Shown: piece by piece, positions 29,101 to 37,600 of the stretch
Position numbering within the stretch: position 1 is the stretch's first letter
Layout of the letters: each line of letters begins with the position of its first letter
Assembly: GCA_032161105.1 (NCBI GenBank)
Contig: JAVHTD010000021.1
Origin: Candidatus Thermosaccharophagus tengchongensis
GTDB lineage: Bacteria > Armatimonadota > Fervidibacteria > Fervidibacterales > Thermosaccharophagaceae
Length of the DNA: 56,990 nucleotides
Direction: 5' to 3' (one strand)
Notes under the pieces: model-generated
The model's database searches: none
Told to the model about the DNA's origin: nothing
The model's input: only the letters and a program-made list of their open reading frames with translations
Position numbers and translations under genes: made by a program

Positions 29101-31610
29101 CCAGGATATAGTTCAAAGGAACTGCTCCCGAGGAAACGGAACCCCTGCCCTGTGATAGAGATCGTGCCCGTTAAAATGCCAATGGAAGAGGAGTCGTTCG
29201 TGATGGTAATGGGTATGTCTTTGTATGTTCCGCTCTTAATATCGCCAAAATCAATGGTAGAGCCTGGAGTATGGGAGAGCACAGCAACTCTGGAGAAAGG
29301 CTGAGTTTGTTCTTTGACAAGGTAAACACCGTTATTGAGTTGGCTATCTGCACTCCAGCCGATTGTGCCATCATCCCACTTGATCAGCCACCAAATCATT
29401 CCATCCACCTTTACTGGTTGCTCATCAAGGGTCCAACCTTTGCTGCCGGGAGGTTGGCGTTTTACTACAGTGCCATTAAGTCCTGGTGATTCACGGGTGT
29501 TCAACCCACCTGCGCTGGAAGTGTCATCGTAAACTCGGACACAGTAAGATAGGTTGCCATGAGTAACGCTTGGATAGACTCCAGATCCCGGCAATGCTTC
29601 AAGATACACCCCTGCCGAACCACTTTCTGCTGACCAACCAAGATGCCCTGATGCCCACGAGATTTTCCACCATGTTAACCCCGATGCCACTCTCGGACCG
29701 TCTTTGACTACTCCCTCCGCACCTGCTGCTTTGAAGGTGATAGGGTCACCACTACCCGGTTCTGGACGAACGCTCACCCCTTTGCCATTGTTCTGTTTTC
29801 CTCCCGTGAAAGTAACACACACCCTGTCATCAACGCTAAACCGTCCCGTAACAGGAGATGTCTTTGTTGTAAACCTCCAGACATCGCCGCTGGTTTGCCC
29901 ATTCTGATTCTTTGCCACGATTTTCCAGTAGTAAGTGGTGCCCTCTTGCAGATTGGAAATGGAGAACTGATTGGTCGTAAGGTCCGCTTTGTAAAGTGGC
30001 GGGTTGGCGCTTGTGCCAAAGTAGAGGTCGTATTTTTGCGCGCCGTCGGCAGACCAGGACAAGGTCAACGAAGTTGGTTGGTCTGTAGCGCCATCAGCAG
30101 GGGAAGGATTAGATGGTTTGGAAGGATTGGACCCCGAAGGAGCAGATACCTCCCAATAATACCACCTTGTTGGATCGGCTGGTGATTCGGCAGAGTTGCC
30201 GGATGTATCCACTGCTCGTATTCGGAAATAGTATTTTTGTGAACTTGTTGAAGTATTAGCAGGAACAGAGTAAACCAACTTGTAGGTTTTTGCAGTTTCC
30301 TTACCCATGCGGAAAGTATCAACGGCACCGTTGGGTTTCATTACTTTAGCCTCAACATACGAAAGACCAACGTTATCCTCAACGTCAGCCCGAATAGTAA
30401 CGCTGCCTCCTGAACTGGGTAAAGATGTCGGGTCTATCCCAACATTGGTTATTGTCGGAGGTGTGTTGTCTAAAGTAGGAGTTGTAGTTGTAAATGATAG
30501 GATATTTCCGTAGGACCATCCTGCTGCATTCTTTGCCCAAGCGCGGAAATAATAAGTTGTGCCTGGCGTGAGATTGGTGAGCCTGTAGTAAAAATCTTTA
30601 CCATTCCCACTCACCGTGACATTGTTAGTCCAATCTTTCCATCCGCTGCCATTGGGAGTTGTCCCCCAGTCAAATCGCCTTTCAAGGATGGGAAGCCCTC
30701 CATCATTTGTGATGGAAGCATTTATGGTCGCCTCAGTTGAAGAAACACCAGTAGCGTTTCTGGTCTCTACAGAGGGAGGGGAGGCAGTTTGAAAATACAG
30801 GGACGGGTATACAGTATGTGAGAAGTCGCTTGCAAGTTCGTAGTCACCCTCTTCCATCCAAGCACGCATGTTCCACCTATACTTTGTTGCCCAACTAAGT
30901 TTGTTAGGGGGCAAGCGGTAGGAAGTAGCCCTTATCTTCAAGCCCTCACTTTCACTATCAAACACGAGTTGATTACTGTCGAGATCCTTAATGTAAAAAG
31001 CATAGTAACTGGCGTTACGGGAAGCATTCCACTGAAAGAGGGGGGTCAGAGTATCAAGAGTCGGCCCGGGCGAAGAGGCTGTTCCTGGCGAAAGGGGCTG
31101 CGGAGGGGGTGGTGGGATATAAAAATAAAGACGATCTGAAAACTCTGTCCATTGCCCACCTTTATAGGCTCGCATATTCCAACGGTATAGGTGACCGGGC
31201 TCTAAATCACTATCAAGGGTAAAGGAGGTGCTGCTGCCTGAGATTGTCTCATTTTCATAAACGAGGTTTGCTTGCCCGTAGGGATACTTACTAATGTAAA
31301 GTCCGTACTTGCTGGCGCCAGAGACGCCTTGCCACCTAAAAGTCGGGCGATACTTTGTCACTCTCTCTCCAGGTTTAGAGGATGTGCCCGGGGATTGAGG
31401 AGTTGGCTGGCTCCAACAAAAGCTCGTTTCAAAGAAAACCAAGAAAGCAGTGGCTAATATTACCACCATCGAGCGAACATTGCGAATCATCCCTCGCCTT
31501 ACCTGTTTGCATTTTTGCTCGATCAACTTCCCTTGAACCAGCGCCATTGAAATCAGGGCAACATTTTGTGCTGCTCCTCTGGCTTTTTTGCTCCACCTTT
31601 CCATCGTCAT
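23193..31610 (-). CDS. Giant secreted modular peptidoglycan hydrolase (Fn3/Ig repeats, SH3b x2, ASH-like x2, InlB-B-like x2, M23, GH25, PPC x2, conserved C-terminal region)
   Basis: M23 ICAAHDG..GGYG..RYAHL..GPHLHFE (about 27650-28110); GH25 FGLD..YVKLTEG..GGYHFARP..LDIEE..IWQF..DLN (about 26400-27250); PPC DVDWFRF/DVDVFRF..LDA.L..YD.DG; signal peptide suggests an alternative start at MIRNVRS. Confidence 0.85.
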   Translation of the reverse strand: MTMERWSKKARGAAQNVALISMALVQGKLIEQKCKQVRRGMIRNVRSMVVILATAFLVFFETSFCWSQPTPQSPGTSSKPGERVTKYRPTFRWQGVSGASKYGLYISKYPYGQANLVYENETISGSSTSFTLDSDLEPGHLYRWNMRAYKGGQWTEFSDRLYFYIPPPPPQPLSPGTASSPGPTLDTLTPLFQWNASRNASYYAFYIKDLDSNQLVFDSESEGLKIRATSYRLPPNKLSWATKYRWNMRAWMEEGDYELASDFSHTVYPSLYFQTASPPSVETRNATGVSSTEATINASITNDGGLPILERRFDWGTTPNGSGWKDWTNNVTVSGNGKDFYYRLTNLTPGTTYYFRAWAKNAAGWSYGNILSFTTTTPTLDNTPPTITNVGIDPTSLPSSGGSVTIRADVEDNVGLSYVEAKVMKPNGAVDTFRMGKETAKTYKLVYSVPANTSTSSQKYYFRIRAVDTSGNSAESPADPTRWYYWEVSAPSGSNPSKPSNPSPADGATDQPTSLTLSWSADGAQKYDLYFGTSANPPLYKADLTTNQFSISNLQEGTTYYWKIVAKNQNGQTSGDVWRFTTKTSPVTGRFSVDDRVCVTFTGGKQNNGKGVSVRPEPGSGDPITFKAAGAEGVVKDGPRVASGLTWWKISWASGHLGWSAESGSAGVYLEALPGSGVYPSVTHGNLSYCVRVYDDTSSAGGLNTRESPGLNGTVVKRQPPGSKGWTLDEQPVKVDGMIWWLIKWDDGTIGWSADSQLNNGVYLVKEQTQPFSRVAVLSHTPGSTIDFGDIKSGTYKDIPITITNDSSSIGILTGTISITGQGFRFLGSSSFELYPGYRRIVTVRFEPTSNGDYSGTLTISHNATSHSSPITYSLRGRSTTEAKVVELRLSPVSVNFGSVEVNTTMEQVVRIENSSNSNDTLSISNLKVGEGFQLASGESTNFSLSPGQYRDVHIQFKPTQEKTYSGELQFTHNATNKISPYTVPLQGSGVIQTFLVTISGNPSGAGKISANGEEFALPFSKRFANGTSLTVQALPNSGYEFAQWSGDASGTSNPLTVVVNRDKTITANFRTKSVDSFTLNLNVYPQNSGKVRVKVNDQWTDWDYVHSIQVPKGSSVRIEATPNSGFLFSRWSGDVPSMTTKDNPATITMDRNRSITASFIQYQYKQPIQLVAPWKEGQWWQPSTYKGHLPSEYALDFNKVKNIRDEWPYGDPEDDENQPICAAHDGVVISVGEKPGGYGLYVDIKSKDNPEYFTRYAHLNSIDVRIGMEVKARQVIGKCGKTGLVAGPHLHFELRHIKSGPVQITEIDGQEVEIDYSKTDSIGRWLGKPIIASSPEPNSQDSILTSITTNPKRPRPGDAVRVKISFLRDALESLKKWAGQKLKAILQIKPPDSLYFQVGEKSLEFAGSTPPYIEPFTINPDKAGCWELRCLLKDQDGNEISQSSKTLPIYPYDFGLDTFGMDNLNIKNVDKLDELLDSKFTFIYVKLTEGISRSLLRVNEQFLALKRRFVGGYHFARPDINKGEEGAKREAEYFFNAASSSGTAKETSFLQAGRLQPMLDIEETNTKGVDLQHLAKWIVTWCETIYKKAQEKNLYVTPVVYIQYSLLKSSVNGKFFIDILMSEIDNRQKKNPGLQIFPWVARWPYSNDTLQKTYGIKEGKIRVPVEDVLYAQDLWEVVNPENDEWWGPDSKDWPIKIPDWLIWQFAGDLWLTQRENNNVVELGKFDLNLFKGSAADLVIKQINKLAQGRQSESDEPNDTPDTATEIAANSNKSGLIATNTDVDWFRFSGDVGEWFSIWIVAEQNSSKLDAVLTVYDSDGQSILAWNDDDSPRNTVDPAIWHFLLPHSGTFYIKVESGDGSGSENHSYTLYLRKEVDDDFGDQFESAHHIATGGSVEVTGTIGHHGDVDVFRFEATAGEYLNLDVRARRDGSPLDAIVTLYDADGNQIAVWDDVNGYDPTVRRFKLPVTGTYYLKLTDFRGEGGEEFRYTLSLEVQPTPQFSMDSTPVQASVEIGKEASAERKVQNVGGGSVDFSSITPSTGKKRSKPLPNPCSGQRLITFLSPMASGLSPSARTMPTRQKLTEPTLSEKLTTNEIKQGQPITLPLPVIGASSARSGRSRQAPTPAPSPNDWRWIIVDPAMSTVENSCSITKVYLQRNETTLYFKIETSGRTFDPVDTALYINIDTDINSQTGAGLLTNFGADYMVILGEDSDGLLKWNNDLQGFEYVSGLAWRKVEGNVVEVGVPLSEISITEEFGIFVELHDDELYEVDRAPDESFVIVTPQPEWLRMEPLGGTTDAGQEQVVTITIDGSAFEADGEVSGTVTVYTNDLNKPKEGVQIPVTVNVQPPQLPFESGIGLFMVSLPISVDKQWHEILGISEDQMKLAIYEPTEGRYRLYSELTEEERKPKPGVGVWIKLDNPVRATVTGSLPKSREPFVINLKPGWQIIGVPWQVKWANLKVRKDGNELTFQQAAEQRVVHEILWTWDPEIGDYQMVWGGVSGIGLLETLDVLKGYWVYAFKECQLVIPPKSDAMRGVSSGRRRIAENGFVFGLVASNGQTKRRVWLGFTNEATGRGRNERGLQAMLPPESPGQNGLQIFAINTAGKPLAADVRFGNARKAEWDVIVKWDAQQRSPTLWGETRGQGKFEEIQMTWDGLGYLPKGMSAWLIDTATGTRRYLRTQSAYSFRPKADETQRRFKVILEQGGLGLLRIVNLKAVATRGREVLIQFALTKPATTHVEVLTLTGRKVALVEVAQSRSEGQNTVVWRGVDSQGRKLPNGVYLIRVYAQDEDGRQVQAVTTFVLH

Positions 31611-32019
31611 CGCCTCCCTTCACTTTAGATCTTAAGAAATTCAGAACGAGTCCTGGGCAAGCTTAGCCAACCCCTTTGTTCCTCTAATTATAACGGCTTT
31701 GCCCCTTGTTAAGGGTATGGAGGAGAAAGTAAAGGGTGAAAGCCCAACCAGCAACGAGCCATCCCAACCAGTCCTGCCTTTGCTTTGCTCCCCTGGCTTC
31801 TGCTCCCATCCCGCAATTTACCTTCCTCACCAACCAGAACCCATGGCCAGCCCTCTTCCTCACGAAGCAGCTGAGCCATCGTCCACTTCCACCTCCGATT
31901 GGTTTGCACTTTCTCATTATGCTCCGCCATCCAATTGGCGGAGTAATTTTTCACATTCAATTATAACTCACTGTTGAGTCAGTTGCGGTATGGATTGCTA
32001 CCGTTTGCATCACAATCCA

Positions 32020-32048
32020 ATTGTAACTCAATTTACTTTGCTGAGCAA
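32020..32048 (-). promoter_or_regulatory. Sigma70-type promoter pointing into the island operon
   Basis: Minus strand TTGCTC-N17-TACAAT; a second -10 (TATAAT, 31960-65) lies in a 13-bp repeat exactly 60 bp downstream. Confidence 0.45.
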
Positions 32049-32245
32049 CCTTTCAAAACCCAACACCCTATCTTTACGATAATGCAACCACACATGCTTG
32101 TAAAGCCTTAACCACAAGGGAAGGCACGAGCAAATGCGCCTCTCAATCGCCGTATGGGCACGGATATTGATGCTAAAGCCCCTCCTACATTATAGCAGAC
32201 CAACTGCAAATGCTAAACATCGCTACCTACTCGGCTTAACATGTC

Positions 32246-32273
32246 AGTATTTTGGCTCATGGGGAATGAGCCA
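32246..32273. repeat. Right 28-bp boundary repeat of the island
   Basis: AGTATTTTGGCTCATGGGGAATGAGCCA; one mismatch to the left copy, located in the 5-bp palindrome spacer. Confidence 0.9.
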
Positions 32274-32533
32274 CGCCGTTAACAACTCCATTTGACAGTT
32301 AATTGATGTCAATCCCTCCTCTCAAACTCCCTCGTCTAGGCCTCCAAAATTGGGCGGTATCTCTTGTCGTCGCACAAGGCGTTCGTTGTGTTGGTGCTAT
32401 TCTCTTGTTTCTTCTGCCTCCCCCTTTATCGCGTTCAGCCCCCGGAATCCTTTGTTCAACGCGACATTGTGCTGTCGCTCACTTGAGATTCGCCTTTCAC
32501 CAAACCGCAATGTGCCCTGTGTAGTGTGAAAGC

Positions 32534-33658
32534 TCAATGTTGGCTTTCGTCACGGCTCGCAGATGCTATAGCTATGACGATGCAGAGTGCGATCAGCACA
32601 GCTGCTTTGCCGTAAATTGAAGGACCGCCAATTATGCCCTGTGCATCGGGCATTGCAGCCAATTTAAGGTTATGGGCAATTGATGCGCCAAATAGCATCC
32701 CGAAAACTGTTAAAGCCGAGTCGGCATTTCCCTCCCCGGCGAGGATGAGCTGCCTCAATGGGCAGCCGCCCATAAGGACGGCGCAAATTCCGGCGAGCAT
32801 CATGCCGGCGAAGTTCCACATGTGAGCTGAATGCGCTATCGGTTGGTTTGAGAAGCCGAAATGAAATTGCCCGAGGGCGATGTTCACAGCGAGTGCGGCG
32901 ATGAAAAATGAGACTATGCCCCAAAGGAGGTGTGCATCGGCAATCAGGATGACATCGCGAAAGCCCCCGGCAAAGCACAATCGCCCGCGCTGTGCAAGCA
33001 CCCCTATGAGCAAGCCAGCAGCAAGCGATATGAGCGGATTGGCGTGCATTGCGCCCGGACCAGTGACACTTGAGCGCATGATCTCATGGGCAAACAGGCT
33101 GAGGAAAAGCATCGCAACAAGGAAGATGTGAATCACACAAGCATCCGCCATTCTAACCCTTGATGCTGCGCCGAGCGAGAAGCCGGCTTTAAAAAATTGC
33201 ACGCCAATGTAAACCCCAACAACCCAACCAATTAACGCAGCCAACGCCGTCATATCACCGGCTGATAGCCTGAGCATCATCCTTGCTGGACAGCCCAGAA
33301 AGGTGAGCGCGCCAATCATGAAAAGCGCTCCGAGCACAAAGCGCAAAATTGGTGACGAGCCGCCACGCGGTTTAAATTCGCGGAAGAGCAAAGCGCCAAT
33401 GTATGCTCCAAGCACAAAGCCGACTATCTCAGGGCGCATGTATTGAACCTTTTCTGCGCTGTGCAATCCGAGTGCACCGGCTATGTCACGGAGGAAACAT
33501 GCAACGCATACGCCCATGTTTGGCGGGTTGCCGAGTTTGCTAAGCAGCGCCGCGAGAACCCCAAACACGGCGCCGGCTGCGATGACCGCTGGTGAAGTTC
33601 CCCACCGCATGGAGTGTGCCCACCTCACCATGCGCTGCATATCGCAACTGCCCTTCAA
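32534..33658 (-). CDS. yedE: YedE-family putative selenium/sulfur transporter
   Basis: GNPPNMGVCVACFLRDIAGALGLH, YMRPEI, FLGCP.RM.LRL, QRGRLCFAGGFRD, GGCPLRQLILAGEG; start uncertain (possibly 33640). Confidence 0.9.
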   Translation of the reverse strand: MKGSCDMQRMVRWAHSMRWGTSPAVIAAGAVFGVLAALLSKLGNPPNMGVCVACFLRDIAGALGLHSAEKVQYMRPEIVGFVLGAYIGALLFREFKPRGGSSPILRFVLGALFMIGALTFLGCPARMMLRLSAGDMTALAALIGWVVGVYIGVQFFKAGFSLGAASRVRMADACVIHIFLVAMLFLSLFAHEIMRSSVTGPGAMHANPLISLAAGLLIGVLAQRGRLCFAGGFRDVILIADAHLLWGIVSFFIAALAVNIALGQFHFGFSNQPIAHSAHMWNFAGMMLAGICAVLMGGCPLRQLILAGEGNADSALTVFGMLFGASIAHNLKLAAMPDAQGIIGGPSIYGKAAVLIALCIVIAIASASRDESQH

Positions 33659-33808
33659 GGTTGCCCATTAACCTGCGCATCTTGGCTTTCGGTCATTGAA
33701 TATGCCGTTATTGCCGTTGAGCTGCTGGAACTGCTTTAGCAACTTTTCGCTGAGCGGGTTAGTTGGTGTGCTGCTTGCCCTTTAAAAAGCTTTGATGACC
33801 TTTTGTTG

Positions 33809-34495
33809 CTACCCCTTCAGGTGGCGCCTCAAAATCGGGATAAGCTCATCGGCAAGAGAAGCAATGTGCCTCGTTTGGAGCCACAGGTTTGCTGGACCTT
33901 GAATCTCTGCAACTATTCCTTCACCGCCGAGCAGGAATGACTTTACACCGCCGAATGTTCTCACATGCCATTTTGCCCTCTCATCCATCGCCACGAAGTG
34001 GAAGTTATCTACGATGACCTTTTCACCTGCGGAGATGCTGATGCATTCAATCCCTCCAAACGCGTTCACCCAGACGCCGCCATAACCGCTCACGCGCAGC
34101 CAAATCAATTCACCCTCAGTCAGCAAGCCGCGAAAGCCGCGCCATGCAACCCCGATTTCTGTGCTGCCGTGATGCGCAAGGTATGAGCCCTGTTGCAAGA
34201 TGTATCCGCTGCCGTTAAGCGGCAGGTAGTGTATGTCTCCCGGTAGGGATGGTGCAAGCCAAACTTCGGATTTGCCCTCCGCCCTGAAGGTGTTCAAAAA
34301 CAAACTCTCGCCACCAAACACTTTCCGCAGCAGCGCTGCCCCAATACCACCTCTTGCACTCGTCTCAATTAAAACGGCGCCGCGATACAAGACCATTGCA
34401 CCGGGTTCGGCTATCACCTCCTCACCGGGCTCAAGTGAAATCTTGAGCAGCGAATATGATGGACGGCTGCTGACTTCCCACCTCACACTGATCAC
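33809..34495 (-). CDS. TIGR00266/AIM24 family protein
   Basis: LEPGEEVIAEPGAMV, GGESLFLNTF, LAPSLPGDI, GGEG, GPANLWLQTR. Confidence 0.9.
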   Translation of the reverse strand: MISVRWEVSSRPSYSLLKISLEPGEEVIAEPGAMVLYRGAVLIETSARGGIGAALLRKVFGGESLFLNTFRAEGKSEVWLAPSLPGDIHYLPLNGSGYILQQGSYLAHHGSTEIGVAWRGFRGLLTEGELIWLRVSGYGGVWVNAFGGIECISISAGEKVIVDNFHFVAMDERAKWHVRTFGGVKSFLLGGEGIVAEIQGPANLWLQTRHIASLADELIPILRRHLKG

Positions 34496-34625
34496 CTCGG
34501 ACCGTTGCTCAAATTATGCGGGTGGCGTGGATATCGCAAATGCAGCATAGCGGTGTGGGCAGCTATCGCCACTCCGTTTGAGCGCTTTCATTACCATGCT
34601 GACCTGCGTTTGCGAATGGAAATGC

Positions 34626-37600
34626 CTATTGGAGAATTCGCTTTGCCGCAATGAGTATCTTCACTGGTCCAAGCAGCCCCGATGGGACAAGTGGCGAATC
34701 TTTCGCATAGTGCCGCCAAGTCGTCCATGTATACCTGCCCGTCTTTGGCATTTCCTTGCCCTCAAGCATCCACTTTGGGAATGATTTCAAACTGCCATCT
34801 GGATTCCATTCCCTATCGTCAGGCAATTGCTCATCACCAATGAGCCTATTCACCCAAAGGTTTGTGACGCTGACCTCAAGCCTGTTCTTTCCGGGCTTGA
34901 CGGCATCTGTAATCTCAACTTGGAATGGGCGTTTCCAGAGTATGCCAAGGTTTCGTCCGTTGAGTGTCACTGTTGCAATGACCATAACATCGCCAAGGTC
35001 AAGGTAAAGCGCCCTATCACGCCCGACGGCTTCCTTTGGCAGCTCAAACTCCTTCACATATGTTGCTGTGCCGGAGTAGTATTTGATCCCTTCGTCACTG
35101 TGCTCCGTCCAAGAGATGAGCCCGTCAAAAATGACCCTTTCTGGTGCACCCCAACCCGGGGTGAAACGCACTTCCCAAGGTCCAATGAGTTCAATCGGCT
35201 TTGGCACATCGGCAATCCTTGTGCGAAGCATCCTCCCCTCAGTTATGTGCAGCTCGTATATCCCGGGCTCAAATGCGCACATCTCAAATGCGCCTCGTGG
35301 CATGCTGCGCAACTTAAGGGTTGGTCCCACGCCAATCACCTTCGGGGGCAGTTCAACGATTTCATTCTCGTTAACGATAACCGTGTATGGCTTTCCGTCA
35401 ATGGTGTAATCCACTCGCATCTTTTTGACAATGCCATAAGCTGGATCTCCGGCAATCTCGTTTGATGCCACGACGAACAGCGTGTCATTCTTGACCATCT
35501 TCCTCAGGTGCTCCGTCACATCAACGCATCTCTTTGGGTCTTCAAGCACGCCATAAATGGCTTTCACTATCTCAAGCTTGCCGGCTGCTATTGGCTTTGG
35601 TGCGAGTGCGTCTTGACCGTCTTTGAGCACCTTCGTTATTGCAATAGGACGCGCTATAGGTTGCCTGAAGATGACGAACAAAGAGCCGTATGGCTCAAGC
35701 GTCAATGTGACTTTTGTTCGCCCGCCGACTTCCGAAAAGATTGGAGCACGCTCAATCATCCCTGTATCCGGGTGCCACAGTTCGGGCAGCTTGCCTGTAA
35801 CCCTGAATGTGCAGTCAACGGTTTCAAATCTTTCCCTCATGTTCGCCACGAAGTAAATATCGGTGTTGCCCAATCTTCGGTGAATGTAATTGAGAGCCGT
35901 TCCGGGGAGTCTGCCCTCAAACTCAAAGTCCGGCTTGATGCCCTTTTGCTCAAGCACCTCAGCGATGCTTTTGCCCCAGAAGACTTTCCCGGCGCCATAA
36001 GTTCTCTCTTTGACCGTCTTGCCATCGCAATCGCCCCATATCTCGTTGGCGAGCGCTTTCACCTCTTCATCGGCTTGCGGGTAATTCATCAGGCTTGGCG
36101 AGCGGTTCGGCTTTGGTCCAATGACATATGCGCCCGCCTTCACCAACTCTCCAATCCTTCGGAGCATGCTTGGCGTCATCACTTGCTCATTTGGCAGGAC
36201 GAGCACCTCATAAGATGTGCCATCCGGAAGCACGAGCCTTTTCCCTTTCACCGACATGCGCTTCAATAGGACCTCAACATCGCACGCATCAAAGTCATAG
36301 CCCTGCGGCGTTGGCATGCTCAATCTAATTGAACATGGCGAACCCTCGCCGACAAAGTAGCACACATCGGCAACATGGACACCTTGTTGGAGCATGTATT
36401 GGCATCGTGAGATGTAGGCTATCCAAGCAGGTGCATACTCCCACCAAGTGTTTGTCCATTCAAAGTGGAATCCCCAAGGTCCCATTGTCATGCCGGGCTT
36501 CCTGTCAAGCCATGGCTGATGCGCGAATCGGTGAAAGACGAACCTATTCACTCCACTGCAAAACATGAAGTCACCAAGGCCCTTCAACAGGTATGGGTAG
36601 TTGCTCCACCTGCCTCTTTCGGGGCTTGCTGTGAATGCTTCCGCAGCGACAATTTTCTTTCCGTATGTGTGGGCGATTGATGCGGCAAGCTTTGCGTTCA
36701 TGTGCTTCCCAGTCCCAATGCCGGTGCCGACCCAGAACTCACACATCGGCACATCAGCCTTGCCGCCGCATGTGATGTCATCAAACGGTCCATTGCCATA
36801 TGGCTCAACCCATAGCATCAAACCATGCTTATGGCATAGCTCGGCGAAGTAACCGAAATAGTTTTCGGCAAACAGCTCAGCTATCGTCTTCCGGAAATCC
36901 CATAGGAAGCGCTCCGAGACATCCAAGCTGTCAACAACCCTGCCGGTTAATGCCGGAAGCAGCGGCAAAAGGTCATAGCCGCGCCTGCGCTTGAACTCCT
37001 CTTTGAAGTTGTGCGTCCAGTTTTGCGAGCCAACTTCGTAGCTGTCAATCAACACATGCTTGAATGTCTTCCCGGCGAGTGGACCTACATCCGCGAGCAA
37101 TGGCGCAATGGCATTCTTCCAATGGACATCCAATGCTTCCCTGCTGAGCTTGTCACATTCCAAACCGAGTCCGGACTGCGGTGCGGGATGATTCGTCTTC
37201 CCGGTCGGGGTGTAGCCAATGCGAAGTATTGTCCAATCCCCTTCGGGCACATCCCAAACGAGACGGCCATCCGGCGAGAGCTTTGATGTGAGGTCAATTA
37301 TGCTCTTACGCTGAATGATGCATTCCTGAGGGACAGGGCGTGTGTCCGGTGTTGGATTGTCCATCCGAGTGAAGGCGGCTTTGCCCTGCCAGTTATCAAT
37401 TCGGAAGGCAGTCTCAATCCCAACTTCAGCTATGGCGATGTTTTTTGCCTGTGGGTCTGAGCGTGTGAATGCGATCCTATAAATTCGCTCATATGGCGCA
37501 TCCACGGCGAGCGTTATTGTGCGTTGATTCCTCGGGATTGAGAAGGCGCGCAAGCGCTTAAATGCCTTGCCATTGCTTGAGACCAATATCTCGCCGCTGT

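Larger units (their letters stand above)
16196..32273. mobile_element. About 16-kb genomic island of secreted-protein genes, no integrase seen
   Basis: Direct repeats 16,050 bp apart; visibly AT-richer than the flanks; sits between co-oriented yedE and yedF-like genes. Confidence 0.7.

Noticed and set aside
19488..31610. Prophage lysis cassette interpretation of the M23/GH25 genes
   Set aside because: No holin, structural, terminase or integrase genes; signal peptides and giant Ig-rich stalks are unlike endolysins.
32534..33658. Selenocysteine recoding in yedE or the yedF-like gene
   Set aside because: Both ORFs appear full length with ordinary Cys motifs; no in-frame TGA is needed.
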